Both the position numbers and the translations under genes were made by a program. Positions 31,093 through 40,290 of a stretch of DNA of 52,048 nucleotides are shown piece by piece. The stretch is taken from NCBI GenBank assembly GCA_035528715.1, contig DATKYB010000130.1:1-52048 (forward strand), read 5' to 3'. Each line of letters begins with the position of its first letter. The stretch's first letter is position 1. This DNA comes from Nitrospinota bacterium. Lineage in GTDB: Bacteria; JADFOP01; DATKYB01. The notes beneath the pieces were generated by a model. The model was given only the letters and a program-made list of their open reading frames with translations, was not told the origin of the DNA and searched no databases.

Positions 31093-32421
31093 ATGAAAAA
31101 AAACAAAAAAGAAATTCCTGTAGTAGCTATAGTCGGAAGACCTAATGTTGGTAAATCGGCTCTATTTAATAAGATTATTGGTCAAAGAAAGGCCATTGTC
31201 AATGATACTGAAGGACTTACTAGAGATAGAAACTACAATAGAGCCTCTTTTGAGGGAAAAGATTTTATTTTAATAGATACAGGAGGTTTTGAGCCTGTCT
31301 CGAAAGATAATATCTTGATGCAAGTTAAAGAACAGGCTCAATTAGCAATTGATGAATCTGATATTATCATATTTCTCTGCGATGGTAAAACAGGAATCAC
31401 AAATGATGACATAGAGATTTTTAATTTTCTTAGAAAAACTGAGAAACCAATTGTTGTTTCAATAAATAAAATCGATGACTCGAAACACAAAGAAAGGGTT
31501 TATGATTTCTATAAACTGGGAACAGATCAACTCTTAGCAATATCAGCGGAACATTCAATTGGGATTAGTGATCTTTTAAACACAGTATGTAATTTCTTAC
31601 CGGATTATAAGGAAATAAAATATCCTGATACATATATAAGGGTCTCTGTTGTTGGACGGCCAAACGTAGGCAAATCTTCCCTAATAAATAAGATCATAAA
31701 TGAAAAAAGGGTTCTTGTTGATAAATCTCCAGGAACAACAAGGGATTCAATAGATACATATTTCAAAAGAGATGAGAAGGAATTTTTATTTATTGATACA
31801 GCTGGGATTAGAAGAAAGGGAAGAGTAACAAACGTTCTTGAAAAATACTGTGTAATTATGGCTTTAAAAAGCTTAGAAAGATCTGATATTGCTTTGATCT
31901 TAATAGATGCAACTGATGGAATCACAGCTCAAGATACAAAAATTGCAGGCTATGCATACGAGGCAGGTAAGGCATGTATTATCGTAGTTAACAAATGGGA
32001 TTTGGTTGAAAAAGATAATAAAACAACAGGAGCTTATACAACAGAAATTAAGAATAAATTAAAATATCTTTCTTTTGCTCCTGTTATTTTTGTTTCAGCC
32101 GAGACAGGCCAGAGGATAAATAAGCTTTTTCCTCTTATTGAAGAAATTTTTAAAGAATATAACAAAAAATTAAGCACTAGTAAATTAAACCGTATTATTA
32201 AAAAGATATGGGACAAGAGACATCCATCTTCATACAGAGGAAAAGCCGTAAAGTTTTATTATTCAACACAAATAAAATCCGGTCCACCAACCTTTTTAAT
32301 CTTTGTCAATTATTCAAAAGGAATTCATTTTTCTTATATGAGATATATTGAAAATGGGTTAAGAAATGAATTTGGGTTCTTCGGAACACCCTTAAGAATA
32401 TTATTAAGGGATAGAAGGTAA
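31093..32421 (+). CDS. der: Ribosome-associated GTPase Der/EngA
   Basis: The 442-aa ORF has two tandem G domains (GRPNVGKSALFN/DTGG/NKID and GRPNVGKSSLIN/DTAG/NKWD) plus a KH-like C-terminus. Confidence 0.95.
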   Translation: MKKNKKEIPVVAIVGRPNVGKSALFNKIIGQRKAIVNDTEGLTRDRNYNRASFEGKDFILIDTGGFEPVSKDNILMQVKEQAQLAIDESDIIIFLCDGKTGITNDDIEIFNFLRKTEKPIVVSINKIDDSKHKERVYDFYKLGTDQLLAISAEHSIGISDLLNTVCNFLPDYKEIKYPDTYIRVSVVGRPNVGKSSLINKIINEKRVLVDKSPGTTRDSIDTYFKRDEKEFLFIDTAGIRRKGRVTNVLEKYCVIMALKSLERSDIALILIDATDGITAQDTKIAGYAYEAGKACIIVVNKWDLVEKDNKTTGAYTTEIKNKLKYLSFAPVIFVSAETGQRINKLFPLIEEIFKEYNKKLSTSKLNRIIKKIWDKRHPSSYRGKAVKFYYSTQIKSGPPTFLIFVNYSKGIHFSYMRYIENGLRNEFGFFGTPLRILLRDRR

Positions 32422-32455
32422 ATATAAATTTTATTAATAAAAATAATTTAGTATC

Positions 32456-32484
32456 TTGACAAAAAATTTTTAAAATGATAATTA
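32456..32484 (+). promoter_or_regulatory. Sigma-70-type promoter with extended -10
   Basis: The sequence is TTGACA-17 nt (ending TGa)-TAATTA, located 64 nt upstream of the EF-G-like ORF. Confidence 0.5.
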
Positions 32485-32547
32485 AGGATTGTCTTACTTC
32501 TAAGTCTCCAAAAACTTAAATCCTAGAAAATATCGTCAGGAGGAACG

Positions 32548-34632
32548 TTGACAATGGCTGAAGTTATCAAGATTAGAAATGTTAGTATTGTTGGGAATGG
32601 AGGAACAGGGAAAACATCTCTAAGTGATGCAATACTCTACGATGCTGGAGCTGTTGATAGGCTTGGCAAAGTAAATAATGGTTCGAGCATAATGGATTAT
32701 GACGCTGATGAGATATCAAGACAAACGACAATAAATTTGTCGTTAGGATACTGTAACTGGAATAAGTACAAAATTAATATCTTAGATACTCCAGGAAATG
32801 CAAATTTTTTTAGTGATACTGAGGGATCTTTAAGAGTAGTAGATGGTTTGGTAGTAGTGGTGAGTGCAACAGATGGTGTAGGTGTTCAGACAGAGAAAAT
32901 TTGGAATAAGGCCAATGAATTAAATCTTCCCAGAATCGTTTTTCTAAATAAAATCGACCAAGAAAGAGCTGATTTTTTTGGAAATATAGAGAATTTGAGC
33001 AAATCCTTTAATCAAAATATTGTTCCCTTACAAATCCCTGTAAATCAAGGCGTTAATTTTAATGGTATCATAGATTTGATTAAGATGAAGGTATTAAAAT
33101 TTGATGGGGTTAGCAATAAGGTTAGTGAAGAAGAGATACCAAAAGAGCTTTTAGAAAAGGCAAACGAACAGAGAGAAAAGCTTATTGAAGCCTCAGCAGA
33201 AATAAATGATAAACTTTTAGAAAAATATCTTGAGGGAGAGGAATTAGATGATACAGAAATAAAAAAATCATTAAGGGAAGGGATTATTAACGGTAAGATT
33301 GTTCCTGTTGTTTGTGGATGCGTTATTAAAAATATGGGGGTTCAACCTCTCCTTGATTTAATAGTTGAATGTTTACCATCACCAAATGAGAGACCAGAAA
33401 TAAAAGGGACTGATCCTAAAAATAACGAGGTTGTTTCTAAAAATCCTTCTGAACAGGAACCCTTTTCAGCCTTTGTATTTAAGACAATTACAGATCCCTA
33501 TGCAGGGAAGCTGAACTTCTTTAGAGTATTTTCGGGTCAACTCACTTCTGATTCAACAGTGCTTAACTCGACCAAAAAAACACAAGAGAGGATAGGTCAG
33601 ATTTATGCTATGTTAGGGAAAAACCAGAAGCCAGTTTCTTCAATAAGTGCTGGGGATTTTGCTGCAGTAGCCAAATTAAAAACAACCGTAACTGGTGATA
33701 CTTTCTGCGATGAAAAAAAGCCTATAATCTTTGAACCGATAAAATTCCCTGATTCAGTAATCTCTTTTGCTATTGTCCCAAAATCAAAAGGAGACGAAGA
33801 AAAGGTAAGTACAGCCCTTACGAAGTTAAAAGAAGAGGATCCTACATTAAAAGTGGAAAGAGACAGTCAGACAAAAGAGCTTACGATTTCTGGTATGGGA
33901 CAAATCCATCTAGAAGTTATCGTGGAAAAACTAAAGAGGAAATTTGGTGTTGAAGTTAATATGAAGACACCTAAGGTTCCCTATAAAGAGACAATTAGAA
34001 AATCATGCAAGGTTCAAGGGAAATATAAGAAACAGTCAGGTGGAAGAGGGCAATATGGTGATACCCGGATAGAGATAGAGCCTCTTCCAAGAGGAAAGGG
34101 TTTTGAATTTGTTAACAAGATAGTTGGTGGAGTGATTCCAAGACAATATGTTCCTGCTGTTGAAAAGGGTATCGTAGAAGCTATGGGACAAGGAGCATTA
34201 GCTGGATACACTGTTGTTGATGTTAAGGTAACCCTTTATGACGGTTCGTTTCATTCCGTTGATTCATCAGAAATGGCCTTTAAAATAGCGGGTTCGCTTG
34301 CATTTAAAAAAGGGGTTCTTCAAGCAAATCCGGTACTCCTTGAACCCATTATGAATATCGAAGTAGTGGTTCCTGAAGAATATATGGGTGATATCATTGG
34401 AGATTTGAATTCCAAGAGAGGAAAAATTTCAGGTGTTGATTCGATGAATAGTAACCAGAAAATCAAAGCTCAGGTGCCGATGGCAGAAATATTGAGTTAT
34501 TCCTCCAACTTAACGTCTATGACGGGAGGAAGAGGTGCTTTTACTATGGAATTTTCTCATTATGAAGAGGTACCCGGTCATATTTCAGAAGTAATAATTA
34601 AGGAAAAAGGTGAGAAAAAAGAAGAAAAATAA
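32548..34632 (+). CDS. Elongation factor G paralogue (EF-G-like, divergent G domain)
   Basis: The 694-aa ORF has full EF-G domain architecture. G1 is GNGGTGKTS, G3 is DTPGNANF (not DTPGH) and G4 is NKID. The start is either TTG at 32548 or ATG at 32554, after AGGAGG. Confidence 0.88.
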   Translation: MTMAEVIKIRNVSIVGNGGTGKTSLSDAILYDAGAVDRLGKVNNGSSIMDYDADEISRQTTINLSLGYCNWNKYKINILDTPGNANFFSDTEGSLRVVDGLVVVVSATDGVGVQTEKIWNKANELNLPRIVFLNKIDQERADFFGNIENLSKSFNQNIVPLQIPVNQGVNFNGIIDLIKMKVLKFDGVSNKVSEEEIPKELLEKANEQREKLIEASAEINDKLLEKYLEGEELDDTEIKKSLREGIINGKIVPVVCGCVIKNMGVQPLLDLIVECLPSPNERPEIKGTDPKNNEVVSKNPSEQEPFSAFVFKTITDPYAGKLNFFRVFSGQLTSDSTVLNSTKKTQERIGQIYAMLGKNQKPVSSISAGDFAAVAKLKTTVTGDTFCDEKKPIIFEPIKFPDSVISFAIVPKSKGDEEKVSTALTKLKEEDPTLKVERDSQTKELTISGMGQIHLEVIVEKLKRKFGVEVNMKTPKVPYKETIRKSCKVQGKYKKQSGGRGQYGDTRIEIEPLPRGKGFEFVNKIVGGVIPRQYVPAVEKGIVEAMGQGALAGYTVVDVKVTLYDGSFHSVDSSEMAFKIAGSLAFKKGVLQANPVLLEPIMNIEVVVPEEYMGDIIGDLNSKRGKISGVDSMNSNQKIKAQVPMAEILSYSSNLTSMTGGRGAFTMEFSHYEEVPGHISEVIIKEKGEKKEEK

Positions 34633-34658
34633 AAACAAGAAAGAGGAGCCTTATTAAA

Positions 34659-34940
34659 ATGATAAAAACCAATATTATAAACTCTGTTTATGAAAGGATC
34701 GGTTTTTCGAGACACGAAGCAGAAGAGGCTGTAGAAATCATATTCAATATTATAAAAGAGACCTTAGAGAAAGGAGAGAACGTTAAAATTTCAAGACTTG
34801 GAACTTTTAATATCCATAGTAAAAACCAAAGGATTGGCAGGAATCCAAAGACTGGACAAGAGATTATGATTTCCCCTAGAAAGGTCCTGAGCTTTAAAGC
34901 AAGTCAGATACTAAAGGATAGGGTAAACCATTCTAAATAG
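34659..34940 (+). CDS. ihfA: Integration host factor / HU-family DNA-binding protein (IHF-alpha-like)
   Basis: The 93-aa ORF has a GRNPKTGQEI arm motif. A MerR-family gene and tRNA-Pro follow, which is a conserved arrangement. Confidence 0.85.
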   Translation: MIKTNIINSVYERIGFSRHEAEEAVEIIFNIIKETLEKGENVKISRLGTFNIHSKNQRIGRNPKTGQEIMISPRKVLSFKASQILKDRVNHSK

Positions 34941-34978
34941 ATATTATATTTTTCCTTTAAATATAAATTGAAATTGTC

Positions 34979-35338
34979 ATGACCCATATTCCTGAAAAAT
35001 TATTCTTTAAGATTGGAGAAGTAGCAAAAATTACAGGTATTAAACCATATATCCTTAGATATTGGGAATCCGAGTTTCCTATTATTCGTCCTGAAAAAAA
35101 CAGAGTGGGTCAAAGAGTCTATCAGAAAAAGGATCTAGAGAGAATTCTAGAGATAAAGAGACTTTTATATGATGAGCGATATACGATTGCTGGTGCAAAA
35201 AAGAAGATATTAGACGATTCCAAGAAAACAGCTCGTCAAATGACCTTAAACATTGATCAAGAACAATTATATAAAAGATTAATATATAATTTAAAAAATG
35301 ATTTAGTTTCAATTTTTCGTATCTTAGATAAAAAATAA
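34979..35338 (+). CDS. MerR-family transcriptional regulator
   Basis: The 119-aa ORF has an N-terminal helix-turn-helix, KIGEVAKITGIKPYILRYWESEF. Confidence 0.85.
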   Translation: MTHIPEKLFFKIGEVAKITGIKPYILRYWESEFPIIRPEKNRVGQRVYQKKDLERILEIKRLLYDERYTIAGAKKKILDDSKKTARQMTLNIDQEQLYKRLIYNLKNDLVSIFRILDKK

Positions 35339-35374
35339 AGAGTAAACCGCTGTATTAATTGACATCGATTAGGG

Positions 35375-35452
<78 letters not shown>

Positions 35453-35529
35453 TTTTATTTTAGCAGAAAGCTGGAGAGATAAAGAGTCTGCCCGAAGGGT
35501 AGGCTTTTTATCTATTGAGGAATAAAATT

Positions 35530-36282
35530 TTGAAGATACTTTTATCAAATGATGACGGTATAAATTCTGAGGGATTAAAATTCCTACACGACTCGCTAAA
35601 AAACCTTGGTAAAATCATTGTCATTGCTCCTAATAGAGAAAGAAGTGTAGTAGGGCATTCCCTAACATTAGATTCCCCACTAAGAATTGAAAAAATAAAG
35701 AACAACTGGTTTTCAATTAACGGAACACCAGCAGATTGTGTTAATATTGGTCTAAACTTTATTCTAAAAAGAAAAAAGCCTGATATTCTTATTTCTGGAA
35801 TAAATAAAGGAGGAAATTTGGGAAATGATGTTACATATTCTGGAACGGTTTCTGCAGCAATGGAAGGAACCTTATTAGGGATCCCATCGATTGCTGTTTC
35901 TCTAGTTTCAAAAAATAATTTTCATTTCTCGACAGCTGCAGAATTTACATTAGAACTAGCAAGTTATGTGTTGAAGAAAGGATTACCGAAAAATACACTA
36001 TTAAATGTAAATATTCCTAATAAGCCTCTTAAAGAGTTGAAAGGAGTTAGAATTACTAAACAGGGAAAGAGTATTTACGGAGATACCATTGTAGAAAAAG
36101 TTGATCCAAGAAATAAAAAGTATTATTGGATAGGCAGCAATAATCGAAAATGGAGTCTTGAAGAAGATACAGATATGTTTGCAATCCAGAATGATGAAAT
36201 TTCCATAACCCCCCTTCATCTTGATCTAACTAATTATGAGGCTTATTCAAAGCTGCTAAAAGAGTGGAAATTTCATATATAA
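35530..36282 (+). CDS. surE: 5'/3'-nucleotidase SurE
   Basis: The ORF begins (M)KILLSNDDGINSEG. I prefer the TTG start at 35530, 7 nt after GAGGAA, over the upstream TTG at 35515. Confidence 0.92.
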   Translation: MKILLSNDDGINSEGLKFLHDSLKNLGKIIVIAPNRERSVVGHSLTLDSPLRIEKIKNNWFSINGTPADCVNIGLNFILKRKKPDILISGINKGGNLGNDVTYSGTVSAAMEGTLLGIPSIAVSLVSKNNFHFSTAAEFTLELASYVLKKGLPKNTLLNVNIPNKPLKELKGVRITKQGKSIYGDTIVEKVDPRNKKYYWIGSNNRKWSLEEDTDMFAIQNDEISITPLHLDLTNYEAYSKLLKEWKFHI

Positions 36283-36425
36283 TTTAGTTGTTTTGCTGGC
36301 TTAACAGATACTTTCCATAATTAATTAATCATAATAAAAAGTTTTTAGAGAATTAAAGAAAATTATACAGATGATTAGTAAGTATCCGATACGTTCTTTT
36401 TAATTTATTAAGAGAATTTAGATAA

Positions 36426-37070
36426 ATGGAATATTCAGTAGCCAGAAACAAAATGGTTAGAGATCAACTGATAAATAGAGGAATTAAAGATCAAAAGGTT
36501 TTAGACGCTATGGCAAAAATTCCTAGGCATTTATTCGTTGAGCAGGCATTAAGAGATAGGGCTTATGGTGATTATCCGTTACCTATTGGTGAGAAACAAA
36601 CAATCTCGCAGCCTTATATCGTAGCATTAATGACAGAAGCCTTAAAATTAGCGGGAGATGAGAAGGTTCTTGAAATAGGGACTGGATCCGGATATCAGAC
36701 AGCAATACTTGCTGAATTAGCTATAAAGGTATATTCCATTGAGAGAATAAAATCCCTTTCTATAAAGGCAAGAAAAAACCTAGATAAATTGAAATATCAC
36801 AACACAGTTTTAAAAGTCTTTGATGGAACATATGGATGGAAAGAAGAGGCCCCTTTTAATGTAATTATGGTTACAGCAGCCTCTCCAAATATTCCAGAAA
36901 CACTTGTTGACCAACTAGCGATTAATGGAAGGATGGTTATTCCAGTAGGAGGTTCATTTTCTCAGAACCTGATAAAGGTTGTTAAAAATGAAGAAGGAAT
37001 TAAAACATCTAATCTTAGTGGATGTGTTTTTGTAAAGTTAATTGGGAACCATGCTTGGAAACATGAATAG
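36426..37070 (+). CDS. pcm: Protein-L-isoaspartate O-methyltransferase
   Basis: The 214-aa ORF has QTISQPYIVALM and the LEIGTGSGYQTA SAM-binding motif. The surE-pcm synteny is present. Confidence 0.95.
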   Translation: MEYSVARNKMVRDQLINRGIKDQKVLDAMAKIPRHLFVEQALRDRAYGDYPLPIGEKQTISQPYIVALMTEALKLAGDEKVLEIGTGSGYQTAILAELAIKVYSIERIKSLSIKARKNLDKLKYHNTVLKVFDGTYGWKEEAPFNVIMVTAASPNIPETLVDQLAINGRMVIPVGGSFSQNLIKVVKNEEGIKTSNLSGCVFVKLIGNHAWKHE

Positions 37071-37075
37071 AATGT

Positions 37076-37153
37076 CGGGGCGTAGCGCAGCCTGGTTAGC
37101 GCACCTGCTTCGGGAGCAGGGGGTCGGAGGTTCAAATCCTCTCGTCCCGACCA
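37076..37153 (+). tRNA. tRNA-Pro (anticodon CGG)
   Basis: The sequence is CGGGGCGTAGCGCAGCCTGGTTAGCGCACCTGCTTCGGGAGCAGGGGGTCGGAGGTTCAAATCCTCTCGTCCCGACCA. It matches the GGG isoacceptor except in the anticodon arm and at one acceptor position. Confidence 0.92.
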
Positions 37154-37179
37154 TTTTGAATATTAAATGAGAAAAGAAA

Positions 37180-37626
37180 ATGAATATTGGTGTTATTGGT
37201 GGTGCTTTTTGTAATTCTGATATTTATAGAATTGCTGAAGATGTTGGAAGATTTATAGCGAAAAGGGGAGGGGTGTTAATTACTGGTGGTTTAAGTGGTG
37301 TTATGGAAGCAGCTTCAAAAGGTGCTAAAGAAGAAGGGGGATTAACCGTTGGAATATTACCGGGTTTTGAAGATACAGATGCAAATAGATATATTGATAT
37401 ACCGATTGTTACCGGACTTGACCATGCCAGAAATGTTATTGTCGTAAGAAGTTCTCAAGCAATCATTGCTATAAATGGAGAGTATGGAACATTGTCAGAA
37501 ATCTCTATTGCATTAAAGATAGGAAAGCCTGTTATTGGAATCAATACATGGAAGTGGCTAAAAGATATTGTAGTAGCAAATGGAGCAGAGGATGCGGTAG
37601 AAAAAGCGTTTAGCCTCATAAAATAG
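37180..37626 (+). CDS. TIGR00725/LOG-like Rossmann-fold nucleotide-binding protein
   Basis: The 148-aa ORF has GGLSGVMEAASKGA and an AINGEYGTLSEI pattern. Confidence 0.7.
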   Translation: MNIGVIGGAFCNSDIYRIAEDVGRFIAKRGGVLITGGLSGVMEAASKGAKEEGGLTVGILPGFEDTDANRYIDIPIVTGLDHARNVIVVRSSQAIIAINGEYGTLSEISIALKIGKPVIGINTWKWLKDIVVANGAEDAVEKAFSLIK

Positions 37627-37628
37627 AA

Positions 37629-38300
37629 ATGATTAAAGATTCAAAGAAAAATTTATATCTTATCTTTGTAATTTTGGCTTTAATTGGATTGATAAGCTGT
37701 TCAAGGGTTCTACCGAAAGGATTTTCTTATCCTCATAAGAAAGAAGGAGTTTATCATATTGTAAAAAAAGGAGAAACCCTTTGGGGGATATCGAATCTCT
37801 ATCATGTTGATTTGGAAGAGATTATAAGAGCAAATCGTATATCTGACCCAAAAAGAACAACTGTAGGACAGAAACTTTTCATTCCTAGAGCGAAAAAGCC
37901 TCTCAAAGCAAAAATCCATTCTCCCAAGATTGAGGAATTTATTTGGCCTATAAAGGGCAAAATCATTTCCTATTTTGGTGTAAAAGAAAAAAAGAAAAAC
38001 AATGGAATAGATATAAGTGTTTCTGGTGAGAGCTATATTGTTGCTATTGCATCTGGAAAAATAATTTTCAGTGACTTTGGTCCCGAGGGATATGGTAAGA
38101 TGATAATGATAAAACATAGATTCGGCTTTGTAAGCCTATACTCTAATCAAAAAGAAAACTTGGTTACTGTAAACCAAATAGTTAGGCAGGGTGAAAAAAT
38201 AGCAAGAATAGAGAAAACAAAGGATAAAGAAGAACCATATCTTCATCTAGAAATCAGAAAAAACAGGATTCCAAGAGACCCTCTCTTGTATCTGCCTTAG
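37629..38300 (+). CDS. nlpD: LysM + degenerate LytM (M23) domain protein, NlpD-like
   Basis: The 223-aa ORF has a lipoprotein-like signal (LISCS) and a LysM domain (YHIVKKGETLWGISNLY...). The M23 domain has substituted metal and catalytic positions (NNGIDI, YSNQ, YLHLEIR). Confidence 0.85.
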   Translation: MIKDSKKNLYLIFVILALIGLISCSRVLPKGFSYPHKKEGVYHIVKKGETLWGISNLYHVDLEEIIRANRISDPKRTTVGQKLFIPRAKKPLKAKIHSPKIEEFIWPIKGKIISYFGVKEKKKNNGIDISVSGESYIVAIASGKIIFSDFGPEGYGKMIMIKHRFGFVSLYSNQKENLVTVNQIVRQGEKIARIEKTKDKEEPYLHLEIRKNRIPRDPLLYLP

Positions 38301-38315
38301 AAAGGAGATTGATTT

Positions 38316-38840
38316 ATGAATATAGCCGAGAATTTAAGAGAAAAGATAAGGGATATCCCTGATTTTCCAAAAAAGGGTATTATATTTAAGGATATTACAA
38401 CCCTCTTAAATGACCCAGTTGCCTTTAGTAAAGCCATTGATCTTTTGGGAGATAGATATACAGAGAAAAAAATAGATGTCGTTGTTGGGATAGAGGCTAG
38501 AGGGTTTATTATTGGTTCTGCTTTGGCATATAAGTTAGGTGCTGGTTTTATACCTATTAGAAAACCGGGAAAACTTCCCTATAAGACACACAGCATAACA
38601 TATGAATTAGAATACGGTACAGACCAATTAGAGATTCATCAGGATGCGATTAAGCCTGGGCAAAGGGTCTTGATTGCAGATGACCTTCTTGCAACTGGAG
38701 GAACCATAAAAGCTGCTGCTGACCTTGTCGCAAAATTAAACGCAGAGATCTTAGAAATCGCATTCCTCATAGAGTTGACTTTTTTAAGGGGAAGGGATAA
38801 ACTCAATAAATATAATATTTATTCCTTAATCCAATTTTAG
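38316..38840 (+). CDS. apt: Adenine phosphoribosyltransferase
   Basis: The 174-aa ORF has the PRPP-binding motif [13 protein letters not shown]. Confidence 0.95.
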   Translation: MNIAENLREKIRDIPDFPKKGIIFKDITTLLNDPVAFSKAIDLLGDRYTEKKIDVVVGIEARGFIIGSALAYKLGAGFIPIRKPGKLPYKTHSITYELEYGTDQLEIHQDAIKPGQRVLIADDLLATGGTIKAAADLVAKLNAEILEIAFLIELTFLRGRDKLNKYNIYSLIQF

Positions 38841-38850
38841 AATTAAATGT

Positions 38851-38927
38851 GCCCCCGTAGCTCAGTAGGATAGAGCAAGGGATTCCTAATCCCTGTGCCG
38901 GAGGTTCGATTCCTCTCGGGGGTACCA
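38851..38927 (+). tRNA. tRNA-Arg (anticodon CCU)
   Basis: The sequence is GCCCCCGTAGCTCAGTAGGATAGAGCAAGGGATTCCTAATCCCTGTGCCGGAGGTTCGATTCCTCTCGGGGGTACCA. The anticodon stem is AGGGA/TCCCT with loop TTCCTAA. Confidence 0.9.
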
Positions 38928-39002
38928 AAAAAATTCCCGTCGCTAGTCTTTTTTATCTTTAAAAAGAAAGTAAACGAATATTTTTAAACTTGGAGATGAG
39001 AA

Positions 39003-39686
39003 ATGGTTAGAAGAAGAATATTGAAGAAATCTAAAGATACAATTATACCTTTAACCAGTACAGAAAAGATTATTTCATTTATAAACGAAAATTTTAAACT
39101 ACTCCTATCAACTCTGATCATAATCCTTATATGTATTATAGCTTTTTCTGGTTTTATTCTCTATAAATATAAACTTAATAATAATTCTTATATAATTGAA
39201 TATAAAGCATTGAAATTATATAGGAATTTAGATATTAAAAAGAATAGAACAGACATTGAAAAAGTTTATTTAGATATTATAAAGAAATATAAAGGAACCA
39301 AGGGATCAAAGTTTGCACAGCTTTATTTAGGGAATATCTACTTTAAAATGGAAAAATATAATAAGGCTATAGATCAATATAAAGAACTTTTAAAAGAGGT
39401 CAAAAAGAACACAAATCTTTATGATTTAGCCATAATGGGACTGGGTTATTCCTATGAAGCCTTAGGAGATTACAAAAAGTCTATTGCTTTCTTTAAAAAA
39501 ATCACAGAGGATGAAAATAATCCAAATAAAGTTCATGCATATATGGCAATAGGTAGGTGCTATGAAGGTTTAAAGGATTATAAAGAAGCTATAAAAAGTT
39601 ACATTTCAATAAATAAAGAATTTCCAACAAATACATGGAAATCTGAATTGATAAATAAGATTGAAGATTTAAAGGCTAAGATATAA
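39003..39686 (+). CDS. Membrane-anchored TPR-repeat protein (YfgM-like architecture)
   Basis: The 227-aa ORF has one transmembrane segment (residues about 33-55) followed by TPR-like repeats (AQLYLGNIYFKMEKYNKAIDQY ...). Confidence 0.6.
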   Translation: MVRRRILKKSKDTIIPLTSTEKIISFINENFKLLLSTLIIILICIIAFSGFILYKYKLNNNSYIIEYKALKLYRNLDIKKNRTDIEKVYLDIIKKYKGTKGSKFAQLYLGNIYFKMEKYNKAIDQYKELLKEVKKNTNLYDLAIMGLGYSYEALGDYKKSIAFFKKITEDENNPNKVHAYMAIGRCYEGLKDYKEAIKSYISINKEFPTNTWKSELINKIEDLKAKI

Positions 39687-39750
39687 GTCTCTGAAATATA
39701 AGTACTTTTAAAAAGATAAGAATAGGGTAGGGTAGTTAATATTATTCAAA

Positions 39751-39918
39751 CTACTCGCTTTTTAATCTTAGGATTTCTATTCCAAGAGTGTTATCTATAA
39801 GCTTTATTTCTCCTGTTTCATCTAATTCAAGTTTTATGTCTTTCCCTTCTTCTATAAATCTTTTTAATTCATCAAATAATCTACCACGTAAAGTATATGT
39901 ATATTTATCATTTTCCAT
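39751..39918 (-). CDS. Small hypothetical protein (55 aa), not in the supplied ORF track
   Basis: My own translation is MENDKYTYTLRGRLFDELKRFIEEGKDIKLELDETGEIKLIDNTLGIEILRLKSE*. AGGAGG lies 6 nt upstream of the ATG. Confidence 0.5.
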   Translation of the reverse strand: MENDKYTYTLRGRLFDELKRFIEEGKDIKLELDETGEIKLIDNTLGIEILRLKSE

Positions 39919-39978
39919 TTTTAACCTCCTAAAAGTTAGAATTTATATATGTTATATGGGGTAGGGTAAAGCCGGTTA

Positions 39979-40146
39979 TTATGTAGAACGTTTAAAATCC
40001 TCGGAGAAATTTCCTTTTTCAACAGTAATTGTATCTATCTCTTTTTCAGCGATTTCCCTTAATGTCTTAACTGTTTCAGAGCTCTCAATATCTGTTCCTC
40101 TTACTGCTTCTATAATCAAAAAAATTTCATCTTTTTTTAACGCCAT
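39979..40146 (-). CDS. Small hypothetical protein (55 aa)
   Basis: The internal ATG at 40146 (MALKKDEIFLIIEAVRG...) is preceded by AGGAGGTGA 5 nt upstream. The 14-codon upstream extension in the ORF track would include the SD sequence itself. Confidence 0.5.
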   Translation of the reverse strand: MALKKDEIFLIIEAVRGTDIESSETVKTLREIAEKEIDTITVEKGNFSEDFKRST

Positions 40147-40290
40147 AAAATTCACCTCCTTAGGGAAATAAATCAATCCTAGAGGCAAATAGAGAATCTT
40201 TGTTTAGATATTATTTGACTGCCTTCTAATTTTTGAATTATTATCTGATATTACTTCTGATAAGATATATTATGTAAACTAACAAATATT

